A program made the position numbers and the translations under genes. Below, one piece after another: positions 7,874 to 17,281 of a stretch of DNA of 64,000 nt (position 1 is the first letter of the stretch; each line of letters begins with the position of its first letter). The notes beneath the pieces were generated by a model. The model ran no database searches. It saw only the letters and a program-made list of their open reading frames with translations, and was not told where the DNA came from. Source of the stretch: Clostridia bacterium (GTDB lineage: Bacteria > Bacillota > Clostridia > Oscillospirales > CAG-272); the NCBI GenBank assembly GCA_017464565.1, contig JAFTZH010000035.1, positions 213,838 through 277,837 of the forward strand. The letters are read 5' to 3'.

Positions 7874-9265
7874 ATGAGAAAAACAATCAAAGCGGGCTTC
7901 CTGCCCTTATACGTAAAAATCTACGACGAAAGCACCCCCGAAATGAGAAAGGTGGTGGACAAATTCGTTTCCGATACCGCAAACAAAATAAAAGCACTCG
8001 GAATAGAGCTTGTCGAAGCTCCCGTTTGCAGAATAAAAAGCGAATTTGAAAGCGCAGTCGCTTCCTTTGAAAAAGAGGACGTAAGCTTTATAATAACGCT
8101 TCACGCGGCTTATTCCCCCTCTCTCGAATCTTACGAGGCGCTCTGCTCCACGTCTCTCCCCATTCTTATGCTTGACACCACGGTAAACTACGAATTCAAG
8201 CCCTATTCCTACGCAGACGGTATGCTCTATAACCACGGTATACACGGAGTTATGGACCTTTGCAATCTCTTGCGCAGAAACAAACGTCAGTACGAGATAG
8301 TTGCGGGATATTTCGGAGAGGAAAATCCAAATTACGAAAATCTCAAAAAGCGCGTTCTTTCTTTCGCGAAAGCCTGCCTTATAAAGCACACTCTTTCTCA
8401 CTCCAGAGTAGGACTCGTCGGAGAGCAGTTTGAGGGTATGGGAGACTTCAGAATATCCTTTGACGACCTCAAAGCCTCGCTCGGAATAGAAGTCGTAAGA
8501 TACGACGAAAGCAATACCGACTATATAAATTCGGTTACCGCAGAGGAAATAGAAGCGGAATATAAGCTCGACTGCGAAAGATTTGACGTAACCGCGGACA
8601 AGGAAACCTACGATTTCTCCGCGAGAGCGTCGCTCGCTGTCCGCAAATGGCTTGATACCGAAAACCTCAACGCCTTTTCAATGAATTTCAAGTCCGCCAA
8701 GAAAGGAACCGGCTTCCCCACTATGCCTTTTGCCGAGGCAAGCATCGCTATGAGCCGAGGAGTAGGCTATGCGGGCGAGGGCGACGTTCTTACCGCCGCC
8801 TTTACCGCCTCTCTTATGAGCGCATTCGACGAGGTATCCTTTACCGAAATATTCTGCCCCGATTGGAAGGACGGCTCACTCTTCCTCAGCCATATGGGCG
8901 AATATAACGTCGCGCTTTCAAGCCCCGAAAAGAAGCCCACGATGGCAGTAAAGGATTTCGTTTTCGGAGACGCCGACAACCCCACCATAGTTCTCGCGCC
9001 CTTCAAGGCGGGACGAATGGTATTCCTCAGCCTCAATCCCGTTGAGGACGGCGGCTTTGAGATATTCTCCGCCTCGGGGGATATGCTCTATACCCCTCAC
9101 GACAATCAGCAAAACTACGTCGTAAACGGTTGGTTCAAGCCCGATATGCCTCTTGAGAGCTTCCTTGAAGCCTACAGCCGCGCGGGCGGAATGCACCACG
9201 CAGTCCTCATTTACGGCGGCAAAGAGGTTGAGGACGTCGTTGAAAATCTCAAAAAGCTTTTCTGA
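7874..9265 (+). CDS. L-arabinose/L-fucose isomerase-superfamily protein
   Basis: 463 aa. The by-eye resemblance rests on GVGYAGEGDVLTAA and a C-terminal beta domain. RBS AAGGAGAAG. A terminator follows the stop. Confidence 0.55.
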   Translation: MRKTIKAGFLPLYVKIYDESTPEMRKVVDKFVSDTANKIKALGIELVEAPVCRIKSEFESAVASFEKEDVSFIITLHAAYSPSLESYEALCSTSLPILMLDTTVNYEFKPYSYADGMLYNHGIHGVMDLCNLLRRNKRQYEIVAGYFGEENPNYENLKKRVLSFAKACLIKHTLSHSRVGLVGEQFEGMGDFRISFDDLKASLGIEVVRYDESNTDYINSVTAEEIEAEYKLDCERFDVTADKETYDFSARASLAVRKWLDTENLNAFSMNFKSAKKGTGFPTMPFAEASIAMSRGVGYAGEGDVLTAAFTASLMSAFDEVSFTEIFCPDWKDGSLFLSHMGEYNVALSSPEKKPTMAVKDFVFGDADNPTIVLAPFKAGRMVFLSLNPVEDGGFEIFSASGDMLYTPHDNQQNYVVNGWFKPDMPLESFLEAYSRAGGMHHAVLIYGGKEVEDVVENLKKLF

Positions 9266-9281
9266 TATGCAATACTATTTA

Positions 9282-9313
9282 CAGCCGAGACTCATATTAA
9301 CGAGTCTCGGCTG
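9282..9313 (+). terminator. hairpin terminator after the isomerase-like gene
   Basis: CAGCCGAGACTC-N8-GAGTCTCGGCTG with perfect 12-bp arms. The T-tail is weak (AATTATT). Confidence 0.6.
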
Positions 9314-9347
9314 AATTATTACCGAATTATAAAATATCGCAAATCTA

Positions 9348-9376
9348 TTGCTTTTTTATCAAAAGTAGTGTATAAT
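9348..9376 (+). promoter_or_regulatory. SigA-type promoter TTGCTT-17-TATAAT
   Basis: TTGCTT at 9348-9353, a 17-nt spacer and TATAAT at 9371-9376. It would produce a leader of about 190 nt before the CNNM gene. Confidence 0.6.
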
Positions 9377-9477
9377 GAATAAAAATAAGCTTTCGGGGAG
9401 GTCGATAAGTCTTTATGGACGCGGACAGTAGCGAGGACGATAACGATAATAAAAACACTTATATCTTTAATATATAG

Positions 9478-9519
9478 AGGTATATCCGGAAAAGGTCTTC
9501 CCTTCGGATATACCTTTTT
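9478..9519 (+). terminator. intrinsic terminator inside the 5' leader of the CNNM/CorC gene (attenuator or riboswitch expression platform candidate)
   Basis: AGGTATATCCG-N16-CGGATATACCT followed by TTTTTG. It lies between the promoter (9348-9376) and the start codon (9573). Confidence 0.6.
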
Positions 9520-9572
9520 GTGCTTAAAAATAAATTTATAAAATATTATAAAGGAGCTATAATTCAACTATT

Positions 9573-10829
9573 ATGAATATCCCCTTATATATCGCCGTAA
9601 TGGCGGTACTCTTACTTATGTCGGCATACTTTTCGGCAACGGAGACGGCGTTTTCATCGCTCAGTAAAACGAGACTCAAGCTTATCAGCGAAAAAAGCAA
9701 AAAGGCGGCTCTCGCACTTAAAATATCCGAAGACTACGACAAACTGATTTCAACAGTTCTCATAGGAAACAACATAGTCAACATCTCTATCGCCTCGCTT
9801 GGAACCGTGCTTTTCGTTCATCTTATGGGAGACATAGGAGCAACGCTTTCTACGATAATCGTTACCATAGTGGTTCTTATATTCGGTGAGGTCTGCCCCA
9901 AAGGAATAGCCAAAGACCGACCTGAATCTTTTGCTGTTTTTTCCGCCCCTATTATAAGAGTTCTTATAGTACTTTTCTCCCCTCTTTCCTTCGTTTTGGC
10001 GCAGATTAAAAAACTGATCTCCAAATTGTTCCGCAGCGATGACAGTTCCTCAATGGTTCAGGAAGAGCTGATGATGATAGTGGACGAGGTCGAGCAGGAA
10101 GGCGGAATAGATTCGGAGGAAAGTGAGCTTCTTCACAACGCCATAGCCTTCTCCGAGCTTCGCGCAGAGGATATACTGACGCACAGAGTTGACCTTGAAG
10201 CCGTTTCTATCGACGCCGACAAAAAAGAGATAGCTCACGTTTTTTCGGAATCGAAATTTTCAAGACTGCTCGTATACGAGGATACGATAGACAACATCGT
10301 GGGCGTTATTCATCAAAAGGACTTTTACTCCGAGACCTCTATCACGCGCCGGTCGGTAAAGGACATTATGACTCCGCCCGTATTCATATTGAAAAACGAA
10401 AAAATAGACGACCTTCTCAAAAAGCTTCAGCAGACAAAATCCCATATTGCCGTTATTCTCGACGAATACGGCGGAACCTACGGTATAGTTACTATGGAGG
10501 ATATACTTGAAGAGCTTGTCGGAGATATCTGGGACGAGCACGACGAGGTGGTTGAGGAATGCCGCGAGGTAGACGAAAGCACCTTCCATATCGACGGTAT
10601 GATGAACTTTGAGGACTTCTGCGAGCAGTTCGACATCGAGGCGGAATCCCAGTCCATTTCTATCGGCGGCTGGGCGGCGGAACAGCTTGAAAAGATACCC
10701 GAAAAGGACGACAGCTTTACCTTCGGAAAGCTGAACGTAAAGATAGCCGACACCGACAACAACCGTGCTTCCCTGCTTGAAATACACATTTTGGAGGAAG
10801 CCCCCGAAGAAGAACCAGTTGCGGAATAA
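9573..10829 (+). CDS. CNNM/CorC-type hemolysin-family transporter (DUF21-CBS-CorC_HlyC)
   Basis: 418 aa with a DUF21 TM N-terminus (SAYFSATETAFSS), a CBS pair and a C-terminal CorC_HlyC-like domain. Confidence 0.85.
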   Translation: MNIPLYIAVMAVLLLMSAYFSATETAFSSLSKTRLKLISEKSKKAALALKISEDYDKLISTVLIGNNIVNISIASLGTVLFVHLMGDIGATLSTIIVTIVVLIFGEVCPKGIAKDRPESFAVFSAPIIRVLIVLFSPLSFVLAQIKKLISKLFRSDDSSSMVQEELMMIVDEVEQEGGIDSEESELLHNAIAFSELRAEDILTHRVDLEAVSIDADKKEIAHVFSESKFSRLLVYEDTIDNIVGVIHQKDFYSETSITRRSVKDIMTPPVFILKNEKIDDLLKKLQQTKSHIAVILDEYGGTYGIVTMEDILEELVGDIWDEHDEVVEECREVDESTFHIDGMMNFEDFCEQFDIEAESQSISIGGWAAEQLEKIPEKDDSFTFGKLNVKIADTDNNRASLLEIHILEEAPEEEPVAE

Positions 10830-10835
10830 ATATTC

Positions 10836-10876
10836 AGCAGCGGCGAACGAAATATTTTCGTTCGCCGCTGCTTTTT
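10836..10876 (+). terminator. rho-independent terminator
   Basis: 17-bp perfect stem AGCAGCGGCGAACGAAA/TTTCGTTCGCCGCTGCT with a 3-nt loop, followed by a T-run. Confidence 0.85.
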
Positions 10877-10889
10877 ATATAAAAACGGA

Positions 10890-10918
10890 TTGACGCGTAT
10901 CTTTTTTAATGATAAAAT
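10890..10918 (+). promoter_or_regulatory. SigA-type promoter TTGACG-17-TAAAAT
   Basis: TTGACG at 10890-10895 and TAAAAT at 10913-10918, upstream of the ABC genes. Confidence 0.5.
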
Positions 10919-10957
10919 ATTAGTAAAATTAAATCTTCATAAAAGGAGAAGGCTTTT

Positions 10958-11899
10958 GTGGATAACATAATCGAAATAAAAAATCTTTCCAAAAGCTTCG
11001 GAGAGATAAGGGCGGTAGATGATATCAGCTTTGACGTGAAGCGAGGCACGCTATTCGCATTTTTAGGTATAAACGGAGCGGGAAAAAGCACCACTATATC
11101 CATAATCTGCGGACAGCTTCAAAAGGATTCGGGAGAAATCAAAATAAACGGTCTTGACCTTGACGAAAGAATTGACGATATAAAATCCGATATCGGAGTC
11201 GTTTTTCAAAGCTCGGTGCTTGACAAGGCGCTCTCGGTGAGAGACAATCTTGAGAGCAGAGCCGCTTTTTACGGAATATACGGCAAAGCGTTTGAAGCGC
11301 GCCTCGACGAGCTTTGCGCGCTTCTCGACCTCTCTCCTCTTCTTAAGCGTACGGTTGGAAAGCTTTCGGGCGGTCAGCGCAGAAGGATAGACATAGCCCG
11401 CGCCCTGCTCCATAAGCCCAAAATCCTTATACTCGACGAACCTACGACAGGTCTTGACCCGCAGACGAGGCGCGCGGTATGGGAAACAGTAAACGCGCTC
11501 CGACGCAACGAAAAGATAACCGTTTTCCTTACTACTCACTATATGGAGGAGGCGGCGGATGCCGACAGAGTAGTTATTCTCGACAGCGGAAGAATTGTCG
11601 CGGAGGGCACGCCGATAGAGCTTAAAAACAGATATACGGGAGATTTCATAACGCTCTACGACGCGGACGAGGAAAAAATACGCGCTCTCGGTCTGCCTTA
11701 CGAGCAAGTACAGAACGCTTTTAAGATATCGGTCGAAAATACGGCGGCGGCGACTGCTCTTATACTTAAATATCCTTCTCTGTTTACCGATTACGAAATA
11801 GTCAAGGGAAAAATGGACGACGTATTTCTTGCGGCAACGGGTAAGGTACTTACTCACGACGCGAAAGAAACGGCGAAAAAAGGAGGGCGCAGAAAATGA
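10958..11899 (+). CDS. ABC transporter ATP-binding protein
   Basis: GTG start after AAAAGGAGAAGG. Walker A GINGAGKST, signature LSGGQRRR and Walker B ILILDEP are present. Confidence 0.9.
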   Translation: MDNIIEIKNLSKSFGEIRAVDDISFDVKRGTLFAFLGINGAGKSTTISIICGQLQKDSGEIKINGLDLDERIDDIKSDIGVVFQSSVLDKALSVRDNLESRAAFYGIYGKAFEARLDELCALLDLSPLLKRTVGKLSGGQRRRIDIARALLHKPKILILDEPTTGLDPQTRRAVWETVNALRRNEKITVFLTTHYMEEAADADRVVILDSGRIVAEGTPIELKNRYTGDFITLYDADEEKIRALGLPYEQVQNAFKISVENTAAATALILKYPSLFTDYEIVKGKMDDVFLAATGKVLTHDAKETAKKGGRRK

Positions 11900-12801
11900 A
11901 AACCTTAAGTATGCTTGTAAAAAGAAACTCAAAGCTTTTCTTCAAGGATAAAGGAATGTTTTTCACCTCGCTTATTACCCCGCTTATCCTTCTTGTACTA
12001 TATTCTACCTTTCTCGCGAAGGTATACAGGGACAGCTTCGCTTCTGCTCTGCCGCAGGGCTTTGAGATAAGCGAACGGCTTATAAACGGCGCCGTAGGCG
12101 GTCAGCTCTTCTCATCTCTGCTCGCGGTTTGCTGCGTTACCGTCTCCTTCTGCTCGAATATGCTTATGGTGCAGGATAAATCAAACGGCACAATAAAGGA
12201 CCTTACCATAACTCCGCTCAAACCCTCGGCGCTCGCTCTCGGATATTATATATCCACCGTCATCACGACCGTCATCATATGTATCGTCGCAACGGGCGCT
12301 TCCTTTATATATCTTGCCGCAATCGGCTGGTATCTTACCATATCGGACGTTTTGCTTATAATTCTGGATATTTTTCTTCTCGTAACGTTCGGAACCGCGC
12401 TTTCATCGGTAATAAATTTCTTTCTGTCAACACAGGGACAAATATCCGCGGTTGGAACGATTGTCAGCGCGGGGTACGGATTTATCTGCGGAGCTTATAT
12501 GCCTATATCCCAATTCGGCGAAGGACTTCAAAAGGTAATATCCTTTCTGCCGGGCACTTACGGGACCTCTCTGCTTCGCAATCACGCTATGCGCGGAGCG
12601 CTTGAAGCTATGAGCGATAGCAATATTCCGCCCGAGGTTATAGATGCCGTACGAGACTCTATCGACTGCAATCTTTATTTCCTTGGAAATAAAGTTTCAA
12701 TTTCCGATATGTATATCGTTCTCGCGGCAAGTACGGCTTTTCTCGTCGCGATGTATATAATTTTGAATATAGTATTTATAAAAAGGAAAAGAACAGCGTA
12801 A
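11896..12801 (+). CDS. ABC-2 type transporter permease
   Basis: ATGA overlap with the ATPase gene. 301 aa with about 6 hydrophobic helices. Confidence 0.8.
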   Translation: MKTLSMLVKRNSKLFFKDKGMFFTSLITPLILLVLYSTFLAKVYRDSFASALPQGFEISERLINGAVGGQLFSSLLAVCCVTVSFCSNMLMVQDKSNGTIKDLTITPLKPSALALGYYISTVITTVIICIVATGASFIYLAAIGWYLTISDVLLIILDIFLLVTFGTALSSVINFFLSTQGQISAVGTIVSAGYGFICGAYMPISQFGEGLQKVISFLPGTYGTSLLRNHAMRGALEAMSDSNIPPEVIDAVRDSIDCNLYFLGNKVSISDMYIVLAASTAFLVAMYIILNIVFIKRKRTA

Positions 12802-12840
12802 AATTCACCGTTTTCTTATTCCGTACGTTAATTTTTACTC

Positions 12841-12869
12841 TTTACATTCGGCGTAATTTGTGCTATAAT
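12841..12869 (+). promoter_or_regulatory. SigA-type promoter TTTACA-17-TATAAT with TGn extension
   Basis: TTTACA at 12841-12846 and TGCTATAAT at 12861-12869. Confidence 0.6.
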
Positions 12870-12933
12870 GTAGAAGAAATTAAAGTTGTTTCGCACTGTT
12901 CCGCTCAATAAAAAGCATAAAGGAAAGGTACTT

Positions 12934-13986
12934 ATGGGTTCGATTTTAGACTTTTGGAATCAAATGACGGCAAATCCGCTGCTATTTATAGCAGTAACTC
13001 TGACACTCGGCGTTATATTGGTAAACGGTTGGACGGACGCGCCAAACGCCATAGCAACCTGCGTGGTAACGCGGTGTATGCCCCCGAAGGCGGCAATACT
13101 TATGGCGGCAGTATTCAATTTTCTCGGCGTTTTCGTAATGACGCTTATCAACGCGACGGTTGCCGAAACGATAACCAAAATGGTTGACTTCGGAGACGAT
13201 CCCGATATAGCTATAATCTCTTTGAGCGCCGCGCTGTTTGCCATAGTTCTTTGGGCAACGCTTGCCTGGGTGTTCGGTATTCCAACGAGCGAGAGCCATG
13301 CGCTTATCGCGGGACTTACGGGAAGCGCGATAGCACTGCATAACAGCCTTGAGGGCGTCAACGGCTCGGAATGGATAAAGGTAATTTACGGCATCGGAAT
13401 ATCCGTCGTTCTCGGCTTTGGATTGGGTTGGCTTGTATGCAAATTTGTTACCAAGCTTTTCTACAAGGCTAACAGACCCAAGACCGAGCCCTTCTTCCGA
13501 GGCGCGCAGATTGTGGGCGCGGCGTCAATGGCGTTTATGCACGGCGCGCAGGACGGTCAGAAATTTATGGGTGTTATCCTGCTTTGCGTTTATATGTCGA
13601 GAGGACAGTCTCTTCCGTCTGATATAAGTATCCCGATATGGCTTATGGTGGTCTGCTCGGTGGTTATGGCGGCGGGAACAGCAATGGGTGGAAAAAAGAT
13701 TATCAAGTCGGTCGGTATGGATATGGTAAAGCTTGAAAAATATCAAGGCTTTTCCGCCGATATCGCGGCGGCTCTCTCGCTTTTGTTCTGCTCGGTATTC
13801 AGTCTTCCCGTTTCTACGACTCACGCAAAAACCACTTCCATTATGGGTGTCGGAGCGGTCAAGAGAGTGTCGGCTATAAATTTCGGCGTGGTCAAGGAAA
13901 TGGTGCTGACTTGGGTACTTACCTTCCCCGGCTGCGGACTCGTAGGCTTCTTAATGACAAAATTATTTATGCTAATATTTACCTGA
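12934..13986 (+). CDS. inorganic phosphate transporter, PiT family
   Basis: PHO4 repeats are present (GWTDAPNAIAT; STTHAKTTSIMG). ATG 12934 follows AAAGGAAAGG, so the TTG 12886 in the ORF track is probably too long. Confidence 0.85.
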   Translation: MGSILDFWNQMTANPLLFIAVTLTLGVILVNGWTDAPNAIATCVVTRCMPPKAAILMAAVFNFLGVFVMTLINATVAETITKMVDFGDDPDIAIISLSAALFAIVLWATLAWVFGIPTSESHALIAGLTGSAIALHNSLEGVNGSEWIKVIYGIGISVVLGFGLGWLVCKFVTKLFYKANRPKTEPFFRGAQIVGAASMAFMHGAQDGQKFMGVILLCVYMSRGQSLPSDISIPIWLMVVCSVVMAAGTAMGGKKIIKSVGMDMVKLEKYQGFSADIAAALSLLFCSVFSLPVSTTHAKTTSIMGVGAVKRVSAINFGVVKEMVLTWVLTFPGCGLVGFLMTKLFMLIFT

Positions 13987-14004
13987 CGGAAAGGAATTAT
14001 AAAA

Positions 14005-14625
14005 ATGGCTAAGGGTGATAAATTTTATTTTGAAAATTTTGCGGAAAGCACCGCACTTTCCAAAAAAGCGGCAAACTATCTCGTAGAGTGTCTTGAAAAC
14101 TACGACGCGAGCAATATCGAGCAGATGCTTACCGAAATGCACCAAATCGAGCACAGTGCCGATATCAAAAAGCACGAAATGGCAGAAGCTCTCGCAAAGG
14201 CATTCGTAACCCCCGTCGACCGCGAGGACTTGGATATGCTGAGCCATCAGCTTGACGACGTAATAGACATAATTGAGGAAATATTGCAAAAGTTCTATAT
14301 TTACGACATAAAGACGATAGACCCTCACTCCGTCGATTTTGCGAAAAACATAGTTATATCCTGTGAGATTCTCTGCGAAATTATGAGTGAGTTTGAAAAT
14401 TTCAAAAAGTCCAAGAATATCCATTCTCTTATTATCAAGCTTAACGACGTAGAGGAGGAGTGTGATAAGCTTTATCTGTCCTCTATGCGTGAGCTTACGA
14501 GGAACTCTACAGACGTTCTTACGACTGTATCCTGGCGTAAGATATACGAAAGCTTTGAGTCCTGCGCCGACGCTTGCGAGCACGTCAGCGAATGCGTTGG
14601 CTCGGTAATTATGAAAAATACCTAA
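14005..14625 (+). CDS. DUF47/PhoU-like PiT accessory protein
   Basis: 206-aa helical protein (TEMHQIEHSADIKKHE, PVDREDL) located 18 nt downstream of the PiT gene. Confidence 0.75.
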   Translation: MAKGDKFYFENFAESTALSKKAANYLVECLENYDASNIEQMLTEMHQIEHSADIKKHEMAEALAKAFVTPVDREDLDMLSHQLDDVIDIIEEILQKFYIYDIKTIDPHSVDFAKNIVISCEILCEIMSEFENFKKSKNIHSLIIKLNDVEEECDKLYLSSMRELTRNSTDVLTTVSWRKIYESFESCADACEHVSECVGSVIMKNT

Positions 14626-14643
14626 AATACGAATTTACGAGAG

Positions 14644-14676
14644 AAACGGCAGAAGCCCAAGAGCTTCTGCCGTTTT
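14644..14676. terminator. hairpin terminator between convergent genes
   Basis: AAACGGCAGAAGC-N6-GCTTCTGCCGTTT followed by a short T-run. Confidence 0.75.
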
Positions 14677-14702
14677 CCGTTATAAATTATTAAATTAAAG
14701 CT

Positions 14703-15446
14703 TTATCTGAATTCCTTCAGCCCCGAATCAAGAGATCGTTTTCTGATTATTGAATACCACTCGCTTGAAAGGTCGCCGGAAAAGATTGCGAAGCGCTCCT
14801 TCAGTGCCGTTATCAGCATTTCGGGATTGAGAAAATTATCGGTTCCCGCACTCAAGACCGCATCCATACGCACCGCATTATCCTCGGCGCAAAAAGCAAC
14901 CTCTATCGATTTTATCAAGGAAGCTATATCTATCTCTTTTTCACCCGACTTCGTCCTTTTAATCATATTCAATGGCGAGGTAGTAAAGAGCGTTTTGATT
15001 TCATCAGCCGCCTTCTCCGACGCGCCTTTGAAAAACAGCTCGTATTCGTATTCGCAAAAAGCAATATCCGAAAATTTTGCGTTCGGTATATAGACGTCGG
15101 TTATATACATTTCGTCGGACATCTCGGCGTTGAGCATTCGCTTGATATCCTCAAGGGGCATTTCCCTGTCAAGCCTTATGTCGAGAAACTCACACTCGCT
15201 CTGCGTTCCTATCGAGAGCGGGGTTGAAAAGACCAGCTTTGCGTGCGGATTGAAGCCCTTGGTGTACCATATCGGAAGTCCCGAACGGACGAGCACCCTG
15301 TTAAACGTCCTTTGCAGGTCAAGATGAGAAATGTACTGTAAGCTTCCGAGCTTGACGAATTTAAGCCTCACGGTTATCGGACTCTCTATTTCGGGAAGAA
15401 TCCTCAAATATTCGGGGCGGGTTATTTTACTGCCTTCGGACAGCAC
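14703..15446 (-). CDS. TIGR03936/DUF2344 radical-SAM-associated protein
   Basis: 247 aa with KFVKLGSLQYISHLDLQRTF and PIWYTKGFNPH. It overlaps the upstream radical-SAM gene by 25 nt, and an internal GTG start is possible. Confidence 0.8.
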   Translation of the reverse strand: MLSEGSKITRPEYLRILPEIESPITVRLKFVKLGSLQYISHLDLQRTFNRVLVRSGLPIWYTKGFNPHAKLVFSTPLSIGTQSECEFLDIRLDREMPLEDIKRMLNAEMSDEMYITDVYIPNAKFSDIAFCEYEYELFFKGASEKAADEIKTLFTTSPLNMIKRTKSGEKEIDIASLIKSIEVAFCAEDNAVRMDAVLSAGTDNFLNPEMLITALKERFAIFSGDLSSEWYSIIRKRSLDSGLKEFR

Positions 15447-17281
15447 GAGCGCTCACCTCCCAGCTTGTTCGCGCCGCAGCCGCTGCACTTTTCACGGCAG
15501 CTCGGCGTCGTTTTTTCATTCTTCGCGTTTTTATATTCTCTTATAAGAAATTCCTTTGTAACTCCGCAGTCTATTATATCCCACGGCAAGACCTCGTCAA
15601 CCGAAAGCTCACGGTTCGCGTAAAATGCGGGATCGATTCCCGTCTTTTCAAAGACCGATATCCACCTGTCGTAATCGAAGCACTCGTCCCACGCGTCAAA
15701 TTTAAAGCCTTCCCTGCAAGCCTCCTCAAGCGCCGCGGAAAGCCTTCTGTCGCCTCTCGCGAGCACCGCCTCGATTCTGCTGACCCTCGCGTCGTGATGC
15801 GTATATACTACCTTCCTGTCGGTTATCTTGCTTCCGAGATATCTCTGCTTTTCTTCAAGCGTCTCTATCGTATCCTGCGCTACCCATTGGAAAGGTGTAA
15901 AGGGCTTCGGGATAAAGCAGGACACGCTTATAGTAACCTGCGGCTGTCTTGCCTTATTGCGCGTCGGACACTTATAATAAGCGTCTACCACCGACGACGC
16001 GAGCCTTGAGATGCCCTCAAGATCCTCGTGAGTTTCTGTGGGAAGTCCCTCCATAAAATACAGCTTGACTTTATTCTTCCCTGCTTCAAAAGCGACGTTC
16101 ACCGCGCGGAGAAGGTCCGCCTCGGTAACGTTTTTATTGATTACGTCGCGCAGTCTCTGCGTTCCCGCCTCGGGCGCAAAGGTAAGCGAGGACGAGCGCA
16201 CCGACGCTATTTTATCCATAAGCTCCTTCGTGAAGCTGTCAACGCGCAGGGACGGAAGCGAAAGGCTCACCATATTGTCGTCCGTCCATTTGAGCAGCAT
16301 ATCCGTCAGCGCTTCAAGCTCGGTATAATCGCTTATGGAAAGCGAGGTCAGTGATATCTCGTCGTATCCCGTAGCCTCAAACAGACATTTTGCCTGCTCG
16401 TTCAGCACCTCGGGAGACTTTTCTCTTACGGGACGGTATATGATTCCCGCCTGACAGAAGCGGCAGCCTCTTATACAGCCTCTGAACACCTCAAGCATTA
16501 CCCTGTCGTGTACCGTTTCGATATACGGCATAACCACCTTCTTCGGAAAATACGAGCTGTCCATATCGGTCATAATGCGCTTGCGCACCGTTTTCGGAAT
16601 ATCGTCGTATTTGGGCTTATACTCCTTTATCGTTCCGTCCTCGTTATAGCTTACCTCGTAAAGCGACGGAACGTATATTCCCTCTATCGTCCTTGCCGCC
16701 TCGTGCAGATAATCCGCCTTCGTATATCTGCCCTCGTCCTTCATTTTTATATAAAGACGGCAAAGCTCGGGAAGCATCTCCTCTCCCTCGCCGATGTTGA
16801 AAAGGTCAAAGAAATCCGCCACAGGCTCGGGATTGTACGCACAGGGACCTCCGCCTATGATTATCGGCGAATCCTCCGCTCTCTCGGAGCTTTTAAGAGG
16901 AAGTCCCGCAAGGTCAAGCATATTCAATACGTTGGTATAGCTCATCTCGTATTGAAGCGTAAAGCCTATCATATCGAAATCGGATATCGGGTCTCCGCTC
17001 TCGCAGGCAGTAAGCGGTATACCGTATTTTTTCATCTGCTCCTGCATATCGCTCCAAGGGTTATACACCCTCTCGCACCAAACGTCGCTCTCCTCGTTGA
17101 GAACTCCGTAAAGGATTCTCATACCGAGGTTTGACATTCCTATCTCGTAGGTGTCGGGAAAGCAAAAGGCAAACCTCGCCTTTACCTTGGTTTTATCCTT
17201 AATTATCTGTCCGTACTCTCCGCCCGAATATCTTCCGGGCTTTGAGACGGCTTTAAGTATCGTGCTTATATTTTTATTCAT
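15422..17281 (-). CDS. TIGR03960-type B12-binding-domain radical SAM protein
   Basis: 619 aa with the CxxxCxxC motif in FRGCIRGCRFCQAG. Its ATG overlaps the TGA of the upstream gene (ATGA at 17278-17281). Confidence 0.85.
   Translation of the reverse strand: MNKNISTILKAVSKPGRYSGGEYGQIIKDKTKVKARFAFCFPDTYEIGMSNLGMRILYGVLNEESDVWCERVYNPWSDMQEQMKKYGIPLTACESGDPISDFDMIGFTLQYEMSYTNVLNMLDLAGLPLKSSERAEDSPIIIGGGPCAYNPEPVADFFDLFNIGEGEEMLPELCRLYIKMKDEGRYTKADYLHEAARTIEGIYVPSLYEVSYNEDGTIKEYKPKYDDIPKTVRKRIMTDMDSSYFPKKVVMPYIETVHDRVMLEVFRGCIRGCRFCQAGIIYRPVREKSPEVLNEQAKCLFEATGYDEISLTSLSISDYTELEALTDMLLKWTDDNMVSLSLPSLRVDSFTKELMDKIASVRSSSLTFAPEAGTQRLRDVINKNVTEADLLRAVNVAFEAGKNKVKLYFMEGLPTETHEDLEGISRLASSVVDAYYKCPTRNKARQPQVTISVSCFIPKPFTPFQWVAQDTIETLEEKQRYLGSKITDRKVVYTHHDARVSRIEAVLARGDRRLSAALEEACREGFKFDAWDECFDYDRWISVFEKTGIDPAFYANRELSVDEVLPWDIIDCGVTKEFLIREYKNAKNEKTTPSCREKCSGCGANKLGGERSCCPKAVK

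Noticed and set aside
9383-9477. Assignment of the CNNM leader to the M-box or yybP-ykoY riboswitch classes.
   Set aside because: I could not find the conserved cores I remember for these classes (for example GUUAGGUGAGGCU, or GGGGAGUAG with UUGACAUA). It is kept only as an unclassified leader.
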